DNA from: Octopus vulgaris
Taxonomy: Eukaryota
Assembly: GCA_951406725.2 (NCBI GenBank)
Contig: OX597830.1
Coordinates: forward strand, 57,288,001-57,352,000
Direction: 5' to 3'
DNA length: 64,000 nt
Of the stretch, positions 40,686 to 52,683 are shown in pieces. The notes under the pieces were generated by a model. The model saw nothing but the letters and a program-made list of their open reading frames with translations, made no database searches and was not told the DNA's origin. Made by a program: the position numbers and the translations under genes. Each line of letters begins with the position of its first letter. Position 1 is the first letter of the stretch.

Positions 40686-40999
40686 TTCAATTGTTAGAAA
40701 AGAAAAGCAATAGATGAAAGATATATAACATTAACAGGTTCATGATGTGTTTGTGTATAAAATTATATATATAGGTGTGTGTGCGTGTGTGTGTGTGTGT
40801 GTGTGTACGTGCGTGCACACGCAAGCATACATGCAAGGTGTTGTGTATAATTACCTGTACTGTGATATACACCTGTTCACTTTTGTACATAGCTTATGTT
40901 ACTGAAATAGAGAATTGTCTAAGAAAGACAGGAGAAATAAAAGTGTGTAGGAGAGTGAGTGCAGGAAGAACAGACTGGAATTTTTTGTACATTTTACTT

Positions 41000-41045
<46 letters not shown>

Positions 41046-41432
41046 AGAAATATGTATGTTTTAATATTTTGTATTGAATGTGTCAAGTACAGGATGTATG
41101 CGGGTGCCCACACATGTGGAAGTATTTGGGACTAAGAGTGCGTGCGTGTATTTGTAAGAATGACAGGTTTCGCTATGCTAAACATAGGATATGTATGCCA
41201 GGGTGTTTACAAATGTGTGAGTCACAGGATGTGTATGTGTGTGTAGATACACATATGTGTGTGTGTATACACACACATGCATGAGTTTGTATGTGGGAGG
41301 TGGATAGTATATGATTACTGTATATTCCATTTATACTCACAGCATACTAAGGATGTGTGTACATGTATATATATTTACTGTGTATTTCCTGTACACCAAT
41401 CACACATTCAATGACTGAGAAGGTTTGGAGAG

Positions 41433-41498
<66 letters not shown>

Positions 41499-41566
41499 GA
41501 GAGAGATGCTGTATATATCATACATTCCCACAATATACTCAGAGTGACAATATGTTTATGCATACT

Positions 41567-41610
<44 letters not shown>

Positions 41611-42327
41611 TACATATGTACATATATTTACACACACACACACACACATATGGAAAGAGATAATGCATCTATAAACAGAAACACACTTATTATTCTAATC
41701 TTTTGCAATGACATTCTAAAATCAAACGCCAGTTTTGCTGTCCAATTCACACAACCCTCACTTACACACGCATACACACACATGGACCTACACAAAAATG
41801 CACACACACATAGATTTTGAACTTATGTAGTAACACACAAACCTTCTTATCCATACACACACACACACACAGAGAAACACATGTGCGTGTGTGTGTGTGC
41901 ACGTGCCATTTTATACACCAACACATTACCATTTTGTAAAAATAAAGAGAGTCGCAAAAATTAATACAATTAGTTGCAACCACTGACCCACACAAACATA
42001 CAGTCATGCGTACATTCGTAAGTGGATTTGGTAGACAGAATCTAAAGGAAGCCTGTTGCATGCGTGCATGCATGTTACTCTCTCCTTCACTTAATATAAC
42101 AGTAGCAAATGAATGTCACCATCGTGCAAGCAGTGTCCTCTGTTTCCAATCTTCTGTGAAAACATGTCTGGTCTGGACATATATTACGTTGCTTGAAAAC
42201 AGGGTAAGGGTTGGTGACAGGAAAAACATCCAGCTGTAGAAAAGCCTGCCTCAATAAATTCTGTCCAACCCATGCAAGAATGGAAAAACAGATGTTAAAC
42301 AGTGATGCTGATGATGATGATGCTATA

Positions 42328-42640
42328 AAGGCGTGTGGCGTAATGGTTAGGGTATTCAGTTTGCAAACGTCAGGTCATGACTTCATTTCCCAGTGGTGCA
42401 CTGTCTCCTTCAACAAAACGCTTTATTTCACATTGCCCCAGTCCATTCAGCTGGCAAAAAAGTGCTGTTCCTGTAATTTAAGGGGCCAGCCTTGTCACAT
42501 TCTGTATCATGTCGAATCTCCCCAGGAACTACATTAAAGGTATGTGTGTCCATGGAGTGCTCAGCTACTTGCACATTAATTTCATATGCGGGCTGTTCTG
42601 TTGATCAGATCAGCTGAAAGCTTCATTCTCGTAACTACCA
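42328..42640 (+). mobile_element. SINE family D
   Basis: GGCGTGTGGCGTAATGGTTAG...CCAGTCCATTCAGCTGGC...GGAGTGCTCAGC. Confidence 0.8.
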
Positions 42641-43114
42641 GTTACACATAAACACACAAACACACATAAATGTGTGCTTTTGTGAATGTATGCATGCAAT
42701 AATGTGTCAATGAATATGCATTCAAAGACCTTTGGAATAAAAAATGCCCCTTACTTCTAAAACAGGTCAGAGGGCAAGGCTGGAAGAGTATCTGGCTGGA
42801 AAACTCTGCCTCAAATTCCCATCTAAATGTATCCTAACCTGGCAAAGAATAGTGGCAGTAGGTGGGGTGGAGGGCATGTAACCACATGTGTATTTTTCTT
42901 GGACTTTTTTCCTCTTCTCCAGATTTTTCCTTTCTCTTTCTAACAAAGAGCCATGCTCAAAACATTACAAACCCACTCTTTTTTCTATCTTATACTGAGC
43001 ATCAACCTAATACATTCCATGTGAACATCCTTTTGACTTTTGTTGTTTTGTTCATCACCATCATCATTTTTCCATACTGCCAATGAGAAAGACTGTTTGA
43101 CTGAATAATAATAT

Positions 43115-43449
43115 GCGGAGACCCCCTTCGGTCATGACTGACCATGGGATTGCACCTAGGAAGTTACCCTCCCAGGTACAAATCCAGGCAAGGTTGTTTA
43201 AGGAAGACCAGCAATCGCCCATGCATACCGGCCTCCCCTCTCCACGCCACCAGTGTTATCCAAGGGAAAGACAAAGGCCGATACAACTTGGCACCTGTGA
43301 CGTCGCAACTCATTTCTACAGTTGAGTGAAGTGAGGTAACATGAAATAAAATGTCTTCCTCAAGAACACAACACGCAGCCCGATCCGGGATTCAAACTCA
43401 CAACCTCACAATCGTAAGCTCGAAACTCTAATGACTGAGCTATGCACCT
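43115..43449 (-). mobile_element. tRNA-derived SINE related to family D, with a different tail
   Basis: Minus strand GGTGCATAGCTCAG...GAGTTTGAATCCC...GTGTTCTTGAG. Confidence 0.75.
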
Positions 43450-43451
43450 TC

Positions 43452-43488
<37 letters not shown>

Positions 43489-43527
43489 TACTTTAGGAAT
43501 GAGAACCCAGGTTCAAAATTTCTCCAA

Positions 43528-43573
43528 GACACCTGATGAAGGTTGAAGAGTATATCTGCCGAAACGTTGTGTT
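43528..43573 (+). ncRNA. Minimal type I hammerhead ribozyme (family H copy 43488-43625)
   Basis: GACAC CTGATGA A GGTTG...CTGCC GAAA CGTT GTGTT, with ACGT palindrome in place of stem III. Confidence 0.75.
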
Positions 43574-43914
43574 AACAACAAACAAGATGAGGACAAATAT
43601 CAGTCAAATGTAAATAATGTAAATACTGTTTGGTTGTGGTAAACTGGGGCTCTGTACCAGGCACCATTCCAATTTGGTTTGTTTTCTATGGCTGGATGCC
43701 CTTCCTAATGTCAACCACTCTACACAATGTACTGGATACCTTTTAAGGGTCACCGGCACTGGCCACAACTATGATTTCACTTAGCTTGACGTGTCTCCTC
43801 AAGCACAACAAATCACCAAAGGTCTTCATCACTATACATATTCACAAACATAGATATATATCCATATGTACATATATTCTTACATATATATTCATACTTA
43901 TTACACAGATACAA

Positions 43915-43959
<45 letters not shown>

Positions 43960-43967
<8 letters not shown>

Positions 43968-44415
43968 TAAATTAGAGACAAAACCACTATTAGGCAAATC
44001 AAACAATGAAAGACTTAAGCCAATACATAAATTAATTTATATTATTTAAATATGTAACAATTATTAAAAAAATATAATTAATATCCGCTACGTCTTGATT
44101 CAAAATTAGTTCATTGTTTAAAACTCGCCAAGAAAAATTTTGAAACACCTGATGAATGACTGCGACCTAAAAATTTGATGACAGCAGCCAGGAAACGATC
44201 GTAGTGGATATTAATTATATTTTTTTAATAATTGTTACATATTTAAATAATATAAATCAATTTATGTATTGGCTTAAGTCTTTCATTGTTTGATTTGCCT
44301 AATAGTGGTTTTGTCTCTAATTTAATATAATATAATATTTTACTATAAAATTGGATTCAATCCTAAATCTGATTTTTCCCTGTAAGTTTGGATTTATTCC
44401 CTAATATTTATTATT
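43960..44415 (+). mobile_element. Penelope-type terminal fragment with inverted partial copy, in (TA)n
   Basis: ~133-bp inverted repeat 43960-44092 / 44200-44333 around a hammerhead; 3' extension homologous to 59745-59810. Confidence 0.8.
44146..44206 (+). ncRNA. Type I hammerhead ribozyme
   Basis: CAC CTGATGA A TGACTGC...GCAGCCA G GAAA CGATCG TA GTG; palindromic stem III ACGATCGT, GUA cleavage triplet ending 44203. Confidence 0.8.
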
Positions 44416-44432
44416 ATATATATATATATATA

Positions 44433-44883
44433 CTAGCAGCTAAGCCCGGTTTCATGTGGTCGGTTTGGATGATGTGGCTGTAAAACCTGCTCTGTGTAAG
44501 CATTTGAATTGTTTGGGCATGCTTACATTAAAAAACAATTTTAGAATGACTTTTTTTCTGTCAAAACGCTAAAAATAACTGATGAGCAAAAAAAAAAACA
44601 ACCAATATTCAACCAAATCATAAAATAAACCCAAATACTAAGCGAGCAAAGATGAACCATCCCCCTTCCATTGCACACGCACACACACACTCACATACCC
44701 CCCCCCCCCTTACATACACACACATATATTCACACGGAGTTGAAATGCTGTTTGATTTATTTTTTCAGCGTACAATTTTCATCATCCCACTACCAAGTAT
44801 GACATCACCCCTCCCTTCCTTCCTTATTCATCTATCACTCCTTCCTTTCTCATTCATAAACACAAGAGTATTATTATAGTAGA
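44433..44883 (-). mobile_element. Non-autonomous Helitron
   Basis: Minus strand A|TCTACTATAATAA...GAAACCGGGCTTAGCTGCTAG|T: 5'-TC, 3'-CTAG, AT target; subterminal hairpin is degenerate. Confidence 0.6.
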
Positions 44884-45030
44884 TTATCTCAGTAACCATG
44901 GGAGCTATGAAAAAAATATAAAGCCAAGCATTGCCACTGGATCATTCTACACATCTGTGTAATTTTTCCTGTAGTTCCACCCAGCTATTTAACTGTGAAT
45001 CCCAAGACAAGAAAGAATCACCCATGTCAA

Positions 45031-45078
<48 letters not shown>

Positions 45079-45884
45079 AATACACACACAACCAGTTATT
45101 TAAAATAAAAATTAACAATAAAAAACAAACGAACACCATCATCATCACCAGCCTCACTTCTCCGTCTACAGCCCAGGGTATAACCAGTCTTCCTTTGCCT
45201 GAACAAACGTCTACTAAATATTCCAGGCTGGCAAGCAAGCTAACAGCAGTGGTGAGAGAGAGATTAAATGAAGCAAGTGAAATGCAGATCTGGGTTTCCT
45301 TTACAACTAAATAGGCTTGTAGATTGTAAGTAGCAAGTTAGAAGATGAGGGGGGAAACAGACAGACAGACAGACAGAGACTGAGTGCTGGTGGTGATTTG
45401 CTGTCTTTCTCTCTTTCTCCATCTTTCTTTACTATATTTTACACACAAACACATTAGCAAAATGAATAAAAATGAATACCACTTTATATATACAGACACA
45501 TACATCCTCTATCCTGGTTCTCATTTTCAATATCTCAATTCCATTTTTTTTTTTCTCAATTGATCTCATCTGTGAGCATCTGTGTGCATTCACATATAGA
45601 AACACACAAAAACATATACAGACATACACATACAGGCATATATCTGTGCATATACACACACATACCTGAGCACTTTACACTCTTCCTTCTCCACAATCTC
45701 CTCTACTGATGATCGTCACAGTCAAAAGCAAGCTTGTAAATTTAGCCAGTAAAGTATCCTAGCCCCCCCCCCCACCAGTGGTACATATATATATATATTC
45801 CTTCATCAGTTTGGGTCACTGGTTTCACACGGAAGAATCCCCAGAGAAACAGGGTGACAGATCAGCCTAAATAAACTCCACTGT

Positions 45885-45930
<46 letters not shown>

Positions 45931-47129
45931 TTTTAATCTAATGCTGTTTCAAGTGTGACCACCTTCTTCACAAATCAGTGAATGTGTCCTTTCCTTATCC
46001 CTATAATGCATAGGTTCACTAAGTGGTTGCTACTGCCCCCGTTGGACATTGAGAGGGCCCAGGTGGGCAGTAGAGAAAAAGGAGGAATTGGGAGGAAGGC
46101 AGTGGATTAGGAAACACTATGAATTTATAATATTATAGTATTGCATACAAATCATATGATATTATATTGAATATCAAATGATTCATAGTGTATATATATA
46201 TAAATTAGTAAAATATAAAATATTTATACATAAAATTAGGGGTTAGGGTGCTGGGTGTATCATATAACCATGAGGGGGCGGTGGCCCAAAAAGTTTGAGA
46301 ACCTCTGCTGTAACGGAACAAAAGTTCTAATTTAACTCAAAAGTAACCAGGAGTGTCAGTCACTGAAGAGATGAAATTAAACATAAACACCAGTGTCTGA
46401 TGGTCTGCTGACATCTGTCTGAGCAAGCTGTGTTTTAAAGAGAACTTTCTCTCAGGCAAAATATTACAGCTAGTACTGTTCTACATTTGATATACACTGA
46501 TATATATATACATCATTCATACACATTCCTTTTGTTGACGGGTTCATCAAAAAAAAAATCACTCAATACATTTTAGAATGATATTTCATACACAATATCT
46601 ACAATATTTATTGACAACAGCTTATCATGTTTCCAAGGAGGATATCGAACTAGGCTTGTGTCATGACTGTCACTCTTCATTTCATTTGTTGCTTGTTTTG
46701 TTCAAAGCTTCAAGTTGTTTTTGGTTGTCATACGTGGTTCCAGGAGAAAATGTGATTTGGAAGTGAATTTTTGTTTGGAAGGTGCAACAACTCAGAAGCA
46801 GCTAAACATAAGTAGTGCCCCTTGGACCATCATTACTAAATTGACAATTTTGCTCTGTAATAAAAATTTTTTTTTAAATTTAAACTTATATACTTCAGTG
46901 TCTAAAACATTTATTTACAATTTTATGTTGGTGCATGTCTTGTCCAAGGCAAAAGATATGTCTAAAAGAATTTGATAAGAAATACATAAAGGAGTTGATA
47001 TAGTCAATACATTGATTCTACATGTACATGGAGTGTAAATAATGGGAATTTAGAACTGAGAAAGAAATATTTGCTTGAGAGGATCCCCAAATTGGAGTGC
47101 TATTAATTTGGTGTAGATGGTATTTTCCA

Positions 47130-47760
47130 ATGGGACAGTATGAATAAATCCTCATTCGTACATCTGGTAAATATCTTCTCCCTTGAATTTAAATAATTAT
47201 TGGAGTTCTTTGATTTAAACAGATTGTGTGTTCTCTCTGCAATACACAGATTGCATCTCTTCAATCCAATTGTGTATGGGTTTGCTCATTCAAGGCCCCT
47301 CTATTTGGTGCAGTAATTGATGCTATGGTCTCCCAGTTTTCAGACATAGGACATAGATTGTGAACACCATGGAATTTCTTTTGTCAATGTGTTTGAGTGA
47401 TGACTACTAATTATAAAATCTTTCCTTGAGTTCACCTTCACATGTACCAATGCACCTTCTCTTATTGATTTATGTTAACTAAGGTCGTCTGAGTTACTCT
47501 TACTTTTTTGGAGACCAAGAACAACAATCTTTACTGATAATCATTTATGAAAACACCTGATGCTTACACAATTAGCAAGTTATAAGGAAACTGCAATATG
47601 ACACTGAAACTTTGTCAAACCTGCAGGTAAACTATTTGCAAGACTTTGGTCTTGTACAAGAGAGATGTCCACCATGCTACAGCCAAACTAGGCACTGGTT
47701 CCTTGTTTATAACCGCACCTACCAAGGCAATTACAGCTTAGTTAAAGAATTACTGATGAG
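47130..47760 (-). mobile_element. Naiad-like Penelope element remnant (GIY-YIG endonuclease region)
   Basis: Decayed frames KVSVSYCS, CIGTCEGELKERFYN**SSLKHIDKRNS...YVLCLK, PYTIGLKRCNLCIAER...YLNSREKIFTRC. Confidence 0.8.
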
Positions 47761-48032
47761 TACATGGAATAAAATACCACTCAGAATGGTAATCAAACCA
47801 AAAAGACATCAAAGTATTCCTGATTTCATTGGTGTAACAACATAAGACAACTAGTATCAACATGATTCTTCATCAGAGACTGATGATTCTTTTGTGTAAC
47901 ATGCAGAAATTTCTATCCAGTATCCAAGATAAATATTGAGTTACATAAAATGTATGAGGCTCAGACCCAAAGTCACTATTATGACCAGTTACAGCTAACC
48001 ATATCACTGGTTCTGAAGCATGCATACATATA

Positions 48033-48193
48033 TACAAGGGGCAGCTGAAAAGTTCCTGGATTTAAGGGCACCACGAAAGACGTTGTCGGGAGCCCAAGCT
48101 TCTGAATTCTTTTACAGCCCTTAGAAAAACTGAAGGACCACTAAAATAAGTCTGAAAGAGGAATATGTTGAATAAAATCGTAATTAACTGATC
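48033..48193 (+). mobile_element. Mariner-derived MITE fragment, followed by partial B and A SINEs
   Basis: TA-CAAGGGGCAGCTGAAAAGTTC terminus; EFFY...LEKLKD...EYVE* remnant. Confidence 0.55.
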
Positions 48194-48358
48194 GACCCCA
48201 GTGCGGAACCGGTACTCAATTTATCGACCCCAAAAGGATGAAAGGCAAAGCATAACGGCAGACGAAATACCACTAAGCATTTTGCCTGGCGTGCTAACCT
48301 TTCTGCTAGCTTGTCGCCAGCAAGCTTCTTACCACACAGCTATGCCTGTGCCTATGTA

Positions 48359-48400
<42 letters not shown>

Positions 48401-48547
48401 CACACACACATTAATATACACAAACCTATTCAAATTCCTTTATATAAACTCATAAACACATACATTTTACATATCTGTCATTCCAACTTTTGGCAACAGG
48501 AAAAGAGAAAGGGCAGTGATAGCTGTAAAGAAAAAGACATGACAGAT

Positions 48548-48703
48548 AGGTGTGGCTGTGTAGCAAGAGGTTTGCTACCCAACCACATGGTTCCGGGTTC
48601 AGTCCCACTGCGTGGCACCCTGGGCAAGTGTCTTCTACTATAACCTCAGGCCAACCAAAGCCTTCTAAGTGAATTTGGTAGGCGGAAACTGAAAGAAGCC
48701 TAT
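48548..48703 (+). mobile_element. SINE family A, 5' part
   Basis: GGTTCCGGGTTCAGTCCCACTGCGTGGCACCCTGGGCAAGTG. Confidence 0.85.
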
Positions 48704-48704
48704 C

Positions 48705-48755
<51 letters not shown>

Positions 48756-49359
48756 AAAAGAAAAGTAATGGAGGCGGTGTCACAGAATGGCCCTGTTCTA
48801 ATGAATGCAACAAGAAAAGATATAAAAGATACGGGGTGGGGGTAAGAGAAAAAGAATTGGGAGAAATGAAGTGAAGTCAATACTAAACTCTACAGACTCA
48901 GTGAATGATTCTACATCGACCGAAACACACATACAAGTGTACCTAAAGACACATTGACAGTCCCATCTATGAGCACAACACACACACACAATTAAAAGAA
49001 GATATAAACAAAGATGGATACATATGCAAAGCAATACATGCAGACAAGTATGATGGAATAGCTACACACATGCATGTGTGTGTGCATGCACACACACACA
49101 CACAACCTACATATGGACGCGTACACATACAAACTGAACCAGGCTCTGAAACCATACGTGCTCAGACACACACTTACCCTCTACTCAAACAACATACACA
49201 TAATATACACTTGTGTATACAGTCTCAACCATGGGAAATACACACACAACCACACTATGTATATACACATATGACCACAGTGAAAGCATACGTTACATAC
49301 ATATCCAGACCGTCCCCCTCTGCACCACCTCTTCAATCAAGTATATTCACAAGACACAC

Positions 49360-49760
49360 ACACACACCTACGTAGACAACGAGGATCTTCTCCACCTACT
49401 CATCTATATGTATACATACAGGAATACTAAATACACACACATATTGAGAAATACATAAATACACACAAACACACCTAAATACGCATAGACACATACACAC
49501 ACACACACCTATATAGACGAGGATCTTCACCTAGACATATACTTACAAGCATGCTCAATACACATCTACACACACATGTTGAGAGATACATGCACGCGCA
49601 CACACAAACATACCTACATACAGATACAAAGATACGTGCATACACATACATACACACACACCTACACAGACGCGGATCGACACCTATACGTATACTTACA
49701 AGCATGCTAAATACACACACACATACACATGTTGAGAGCTACATACACACACAAACATGC
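49360..49760. repeat. Degenerate ~145-bp CA-rich tandem repeat, 3 units
   Basis: CACACCTA...GA(C)GAGGATC...TACTTACAAGCATGCT...CATGTTGAGAG recurs at ~49362, 49504, 49657. Confidence 0.7.
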
Positions 49761-49876
49761 ATCCAGACACCTACCTACTCACCCATACACACAAACATAC
49801 TAAAATAAACACACATACATACATACCCAGAAGCACATATGCATCCAGACCTACCCACCCACCCATGTTCAGACAA

Positions 49877-49921
<45 letters not shown>

Positions 49922-50689
49922 AACTAATCCCAGTCAACATGTCATGAAACATTACTGCAATAAATTGTAAAATTTTGCAGCAACTATTTTCAGAAATCAA
50001 TAGAAACCATTCAACCCAGAAGGCCAAGTACTTCCTGCACCACCCATCCACCACCACTACACCTCTTCCTGCTCTGCTCCCCTCCTCTCACTCACTCTCT
50101 CTCCCTCTCTTTCTCCCCACCATCCCCATCCTCTTCCTGCACCTCTTCTCTTTACCACCACCACCCTCCCCCATCCTCTTCCTGCACCTCTTTTCTCCTC
50201 CTGCTCCTCTTCCTCTACCACCACCTCTTCCCACAACTCACCCATTTATGTTTCTTCTACTCCTCCCTCTCTCACTCACTACTCCTCCTTCTCTTCTCAA
50301 ACCACACATCTCTTCCCTATTCTCTATTCTGCTCCTCTTCCTCTTTAACAACTGCTCCTCTGGCTCTCCCTCTCCTCTCACTCACTCCTAGTCTTCACCT
50401 TCCATCTTCTCTGCCTCTACCCCCCCTTCATCCCACTCTGCCACCATTTTTCTTTATCTTGGAATGAATTTATTGATCAGTGCACTCAATAGGAATGGAT
50501 GATGGTGCTTAAGAGAAAAACGGTAATCCAGTGCCGTGCGCGCATGTGAGAGAGGGAGAGGAGGGAGTGAAGCATGTTGCGTGTGCATACATGCATGCAT
50601 GTGTTTATGTTTATGTGGCTTGAATGCATGTATATGTGAGCACACAACTAGCTGAGATCCAAGATCTTAGTCATGGGTGTAGAAGGAGT

Positions 50690-51385
50690 AAGAGTTCTTC
50701 ACAATAATTCCGCTGCCATAGCACGAGTCTTTCAGAGTACTACACTATATCACAGTGAGAGTCGTTCTTCTTCAGAGTACTTCAGTACCATAATGAAAAT
50801 TATTTGCAGTGCTCCATTACCACAATGAAAATTCTTCAGAGCATCATGCTACCATTATATGAATTCTCCATAGGGCTACATTAAAATACTGAGAGTTCCA
50901 AAGGCAGTACTGCAATCACTGAAAGTTCTGAAAAGAGTTACCTTATTACCATGAGAGTTCTTACGAGAGCAGCGCTTCTATTAAGAATTCTTTGTCTTCA
51001 CACAGATTGAAGCGTCTCTGTGGAGTTCTGAAGAATATCATGACACTACAAGGAGCGATCTGAAGACAGTAATGCTATCAGAAACAGAATGTTGATTGGC
51101 AAAACTGCAGTGAAGACTTCTAAAGAGAACAACATTACCAGTGTGAGATCTGAAGAGTTACAGCACCATATTTCTATAATGAATCCATCTCCAAGTGGTA
51201 CTACCATTGCAAAAGTGTGTTGTTGTTGTTGGTGGTGGTGGTGGTGGATTTTTTTTTTAAGAACTCAATACAACAGAGAGAGTTCTTTAGAAAGTAATGC
51301 AGCCAGGAAAGGGTTCAGAAGACAGCTGTACTGATTCTTCAGTAAGTAATCTTACTACAGATAGATTTCTTGAAAAGTGCCTAGA
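50690..51385 (+). repeat. Highly degenerate ~30-bp repeat array
   Basis: Recurrent GAGAGTTCTTCAGAG / GTTCTGAAGA cores roughly every 30-35 bp. Confidence 0.55.
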
Positions 51386-51396
51386 TCCCTTGAAGA

Positions 51397-51772
51397 AGGC
51401 TGAAGTGTGGCTGTGTGGTAAGGAGCTTGCTTCCCACTACATGCTTCTAGGTTCACTCCCACTGCATGGCACCTTGGGCAAGTGTCATCTACTATAGCCC
51501 CGGGCTGACCAAAGCCTTGTGAGTAGATTTGGTAGATGGAGGCTGAAAGAAATCTATCATGTATGTCTGTGTCTTTGTGTCAATGTTTATCCCCCATCAG
51601 TTGGTGTGTTTACATCCTTGTAACCTAGTGGTTCGGCAAAAGATATTGATAGAATAAGTACTGGATTTGAAAAAAATAAGTACTAGGCTTGATTCATTCA
51701 ACTACAAATGCTTCAAGGCAGTGCCCCAGCATGGCCGCAATCTAAAGACTGAAACAAGAAAAAGATAAAGAT
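51397..51772 (+). mobile_element. SINE family A, full length
   Basis: Colinear with 3330-3760. Confidence 0.85.
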
Positions 51773-52192
51773 AGCAGAAAGAGAATTCTTTGAGATCCAC
51801 ACTTTTAGAGAATTAAGTGAAAGACAGCAAAAGTTTTGACACAGCTGAGTTCCAAGCCGAACACTACACCACATTTCTGTACACCAAAGAATTTAACATG
51901 CAAGTAAATGTGCTGTTACTTAACCTGCAAGAAATAACAGCCAAATCTCCCTCAAATTACACATATCTTAAAAAAGGAAATGCACATTGGGTAATTTTGT
52001 TTTAGGTATATTACATCTGAAAAAGAAATAGATGAAAAGTTTAGGTCTCTTTTCATCGTGGGTCAATTTGATAAGAGTAGAAGTGGTGCTAAACAAGAAC
52101 ACAGGTTTAAACTTATCAGCAACATCTGATCCCTAAGACCTCACTAAAGTTGTCTCACCAAGGAAAAGCAAATATTTGTAAAACTAAATTTG

Positions 52193-52464
52193 AAGACTGT
52201 TTGCCAACATAACATGGCAGTCCTGGTTTAGGACTAATGCTGCTGTAATTTAGCCCCAGGAGACATTATCTCCAGTTGGCTATACAACATGATCTGTGTC
52301 CTTATATTTTCGAACAAGGGAATCTAGCACTCCCACTCAGCTCAAAACAATATAAGAACACAGATCGTGTCATATAACCCGCAGGAGACAATGTCTCCTG
52401 GGGCTAAATTACAGCAACATTCGTCCTAAACCAGGACTGCCATGTTATGTTGGCAAACAATCTT
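52193..52464. mobile_element. Fold-back MITE with ~115-bp inverted arms
   Basis: TGTTTGCCAACATAACATGGCAGTCCTGGTTTAGGAC / GTCCTAAACCAGGACTGCCATGTTATGTTGGCAAACA. Confidence 0.8.
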
Positions 52465-52683
52465 TACTACAAAGTACTGTTGCTGAATATCTCACGTGGT
52501 GAGATTTAAAAATAGTAATTTTCTAACTAAATTTGAGTTTGCATTCCGGGTAACTGTTACTGTAATTGTGTCACCGCAACCAACTCTGATGGATTAGATC
52601 TAGGATATGTAGATAAACAGTTGAAGAACATGTGGTGATTATGTACCCTCGCACATAAGACCACCACAATTGATGGACCCTGG

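Noticed and set aside
46236-46290. TTAGGGGTTAGGG telomere-like sequence and a hAT-like end AAAAAGTTTGAGAACCTCTG
   Set aside because: Only two telomeric-like units, and no partner terminus or TSD found
47878-47915. CTGATGA...GAAATTTC hammerhead-like motif
   Set aside because: No stem II adjacent to the core and no convincing stem I
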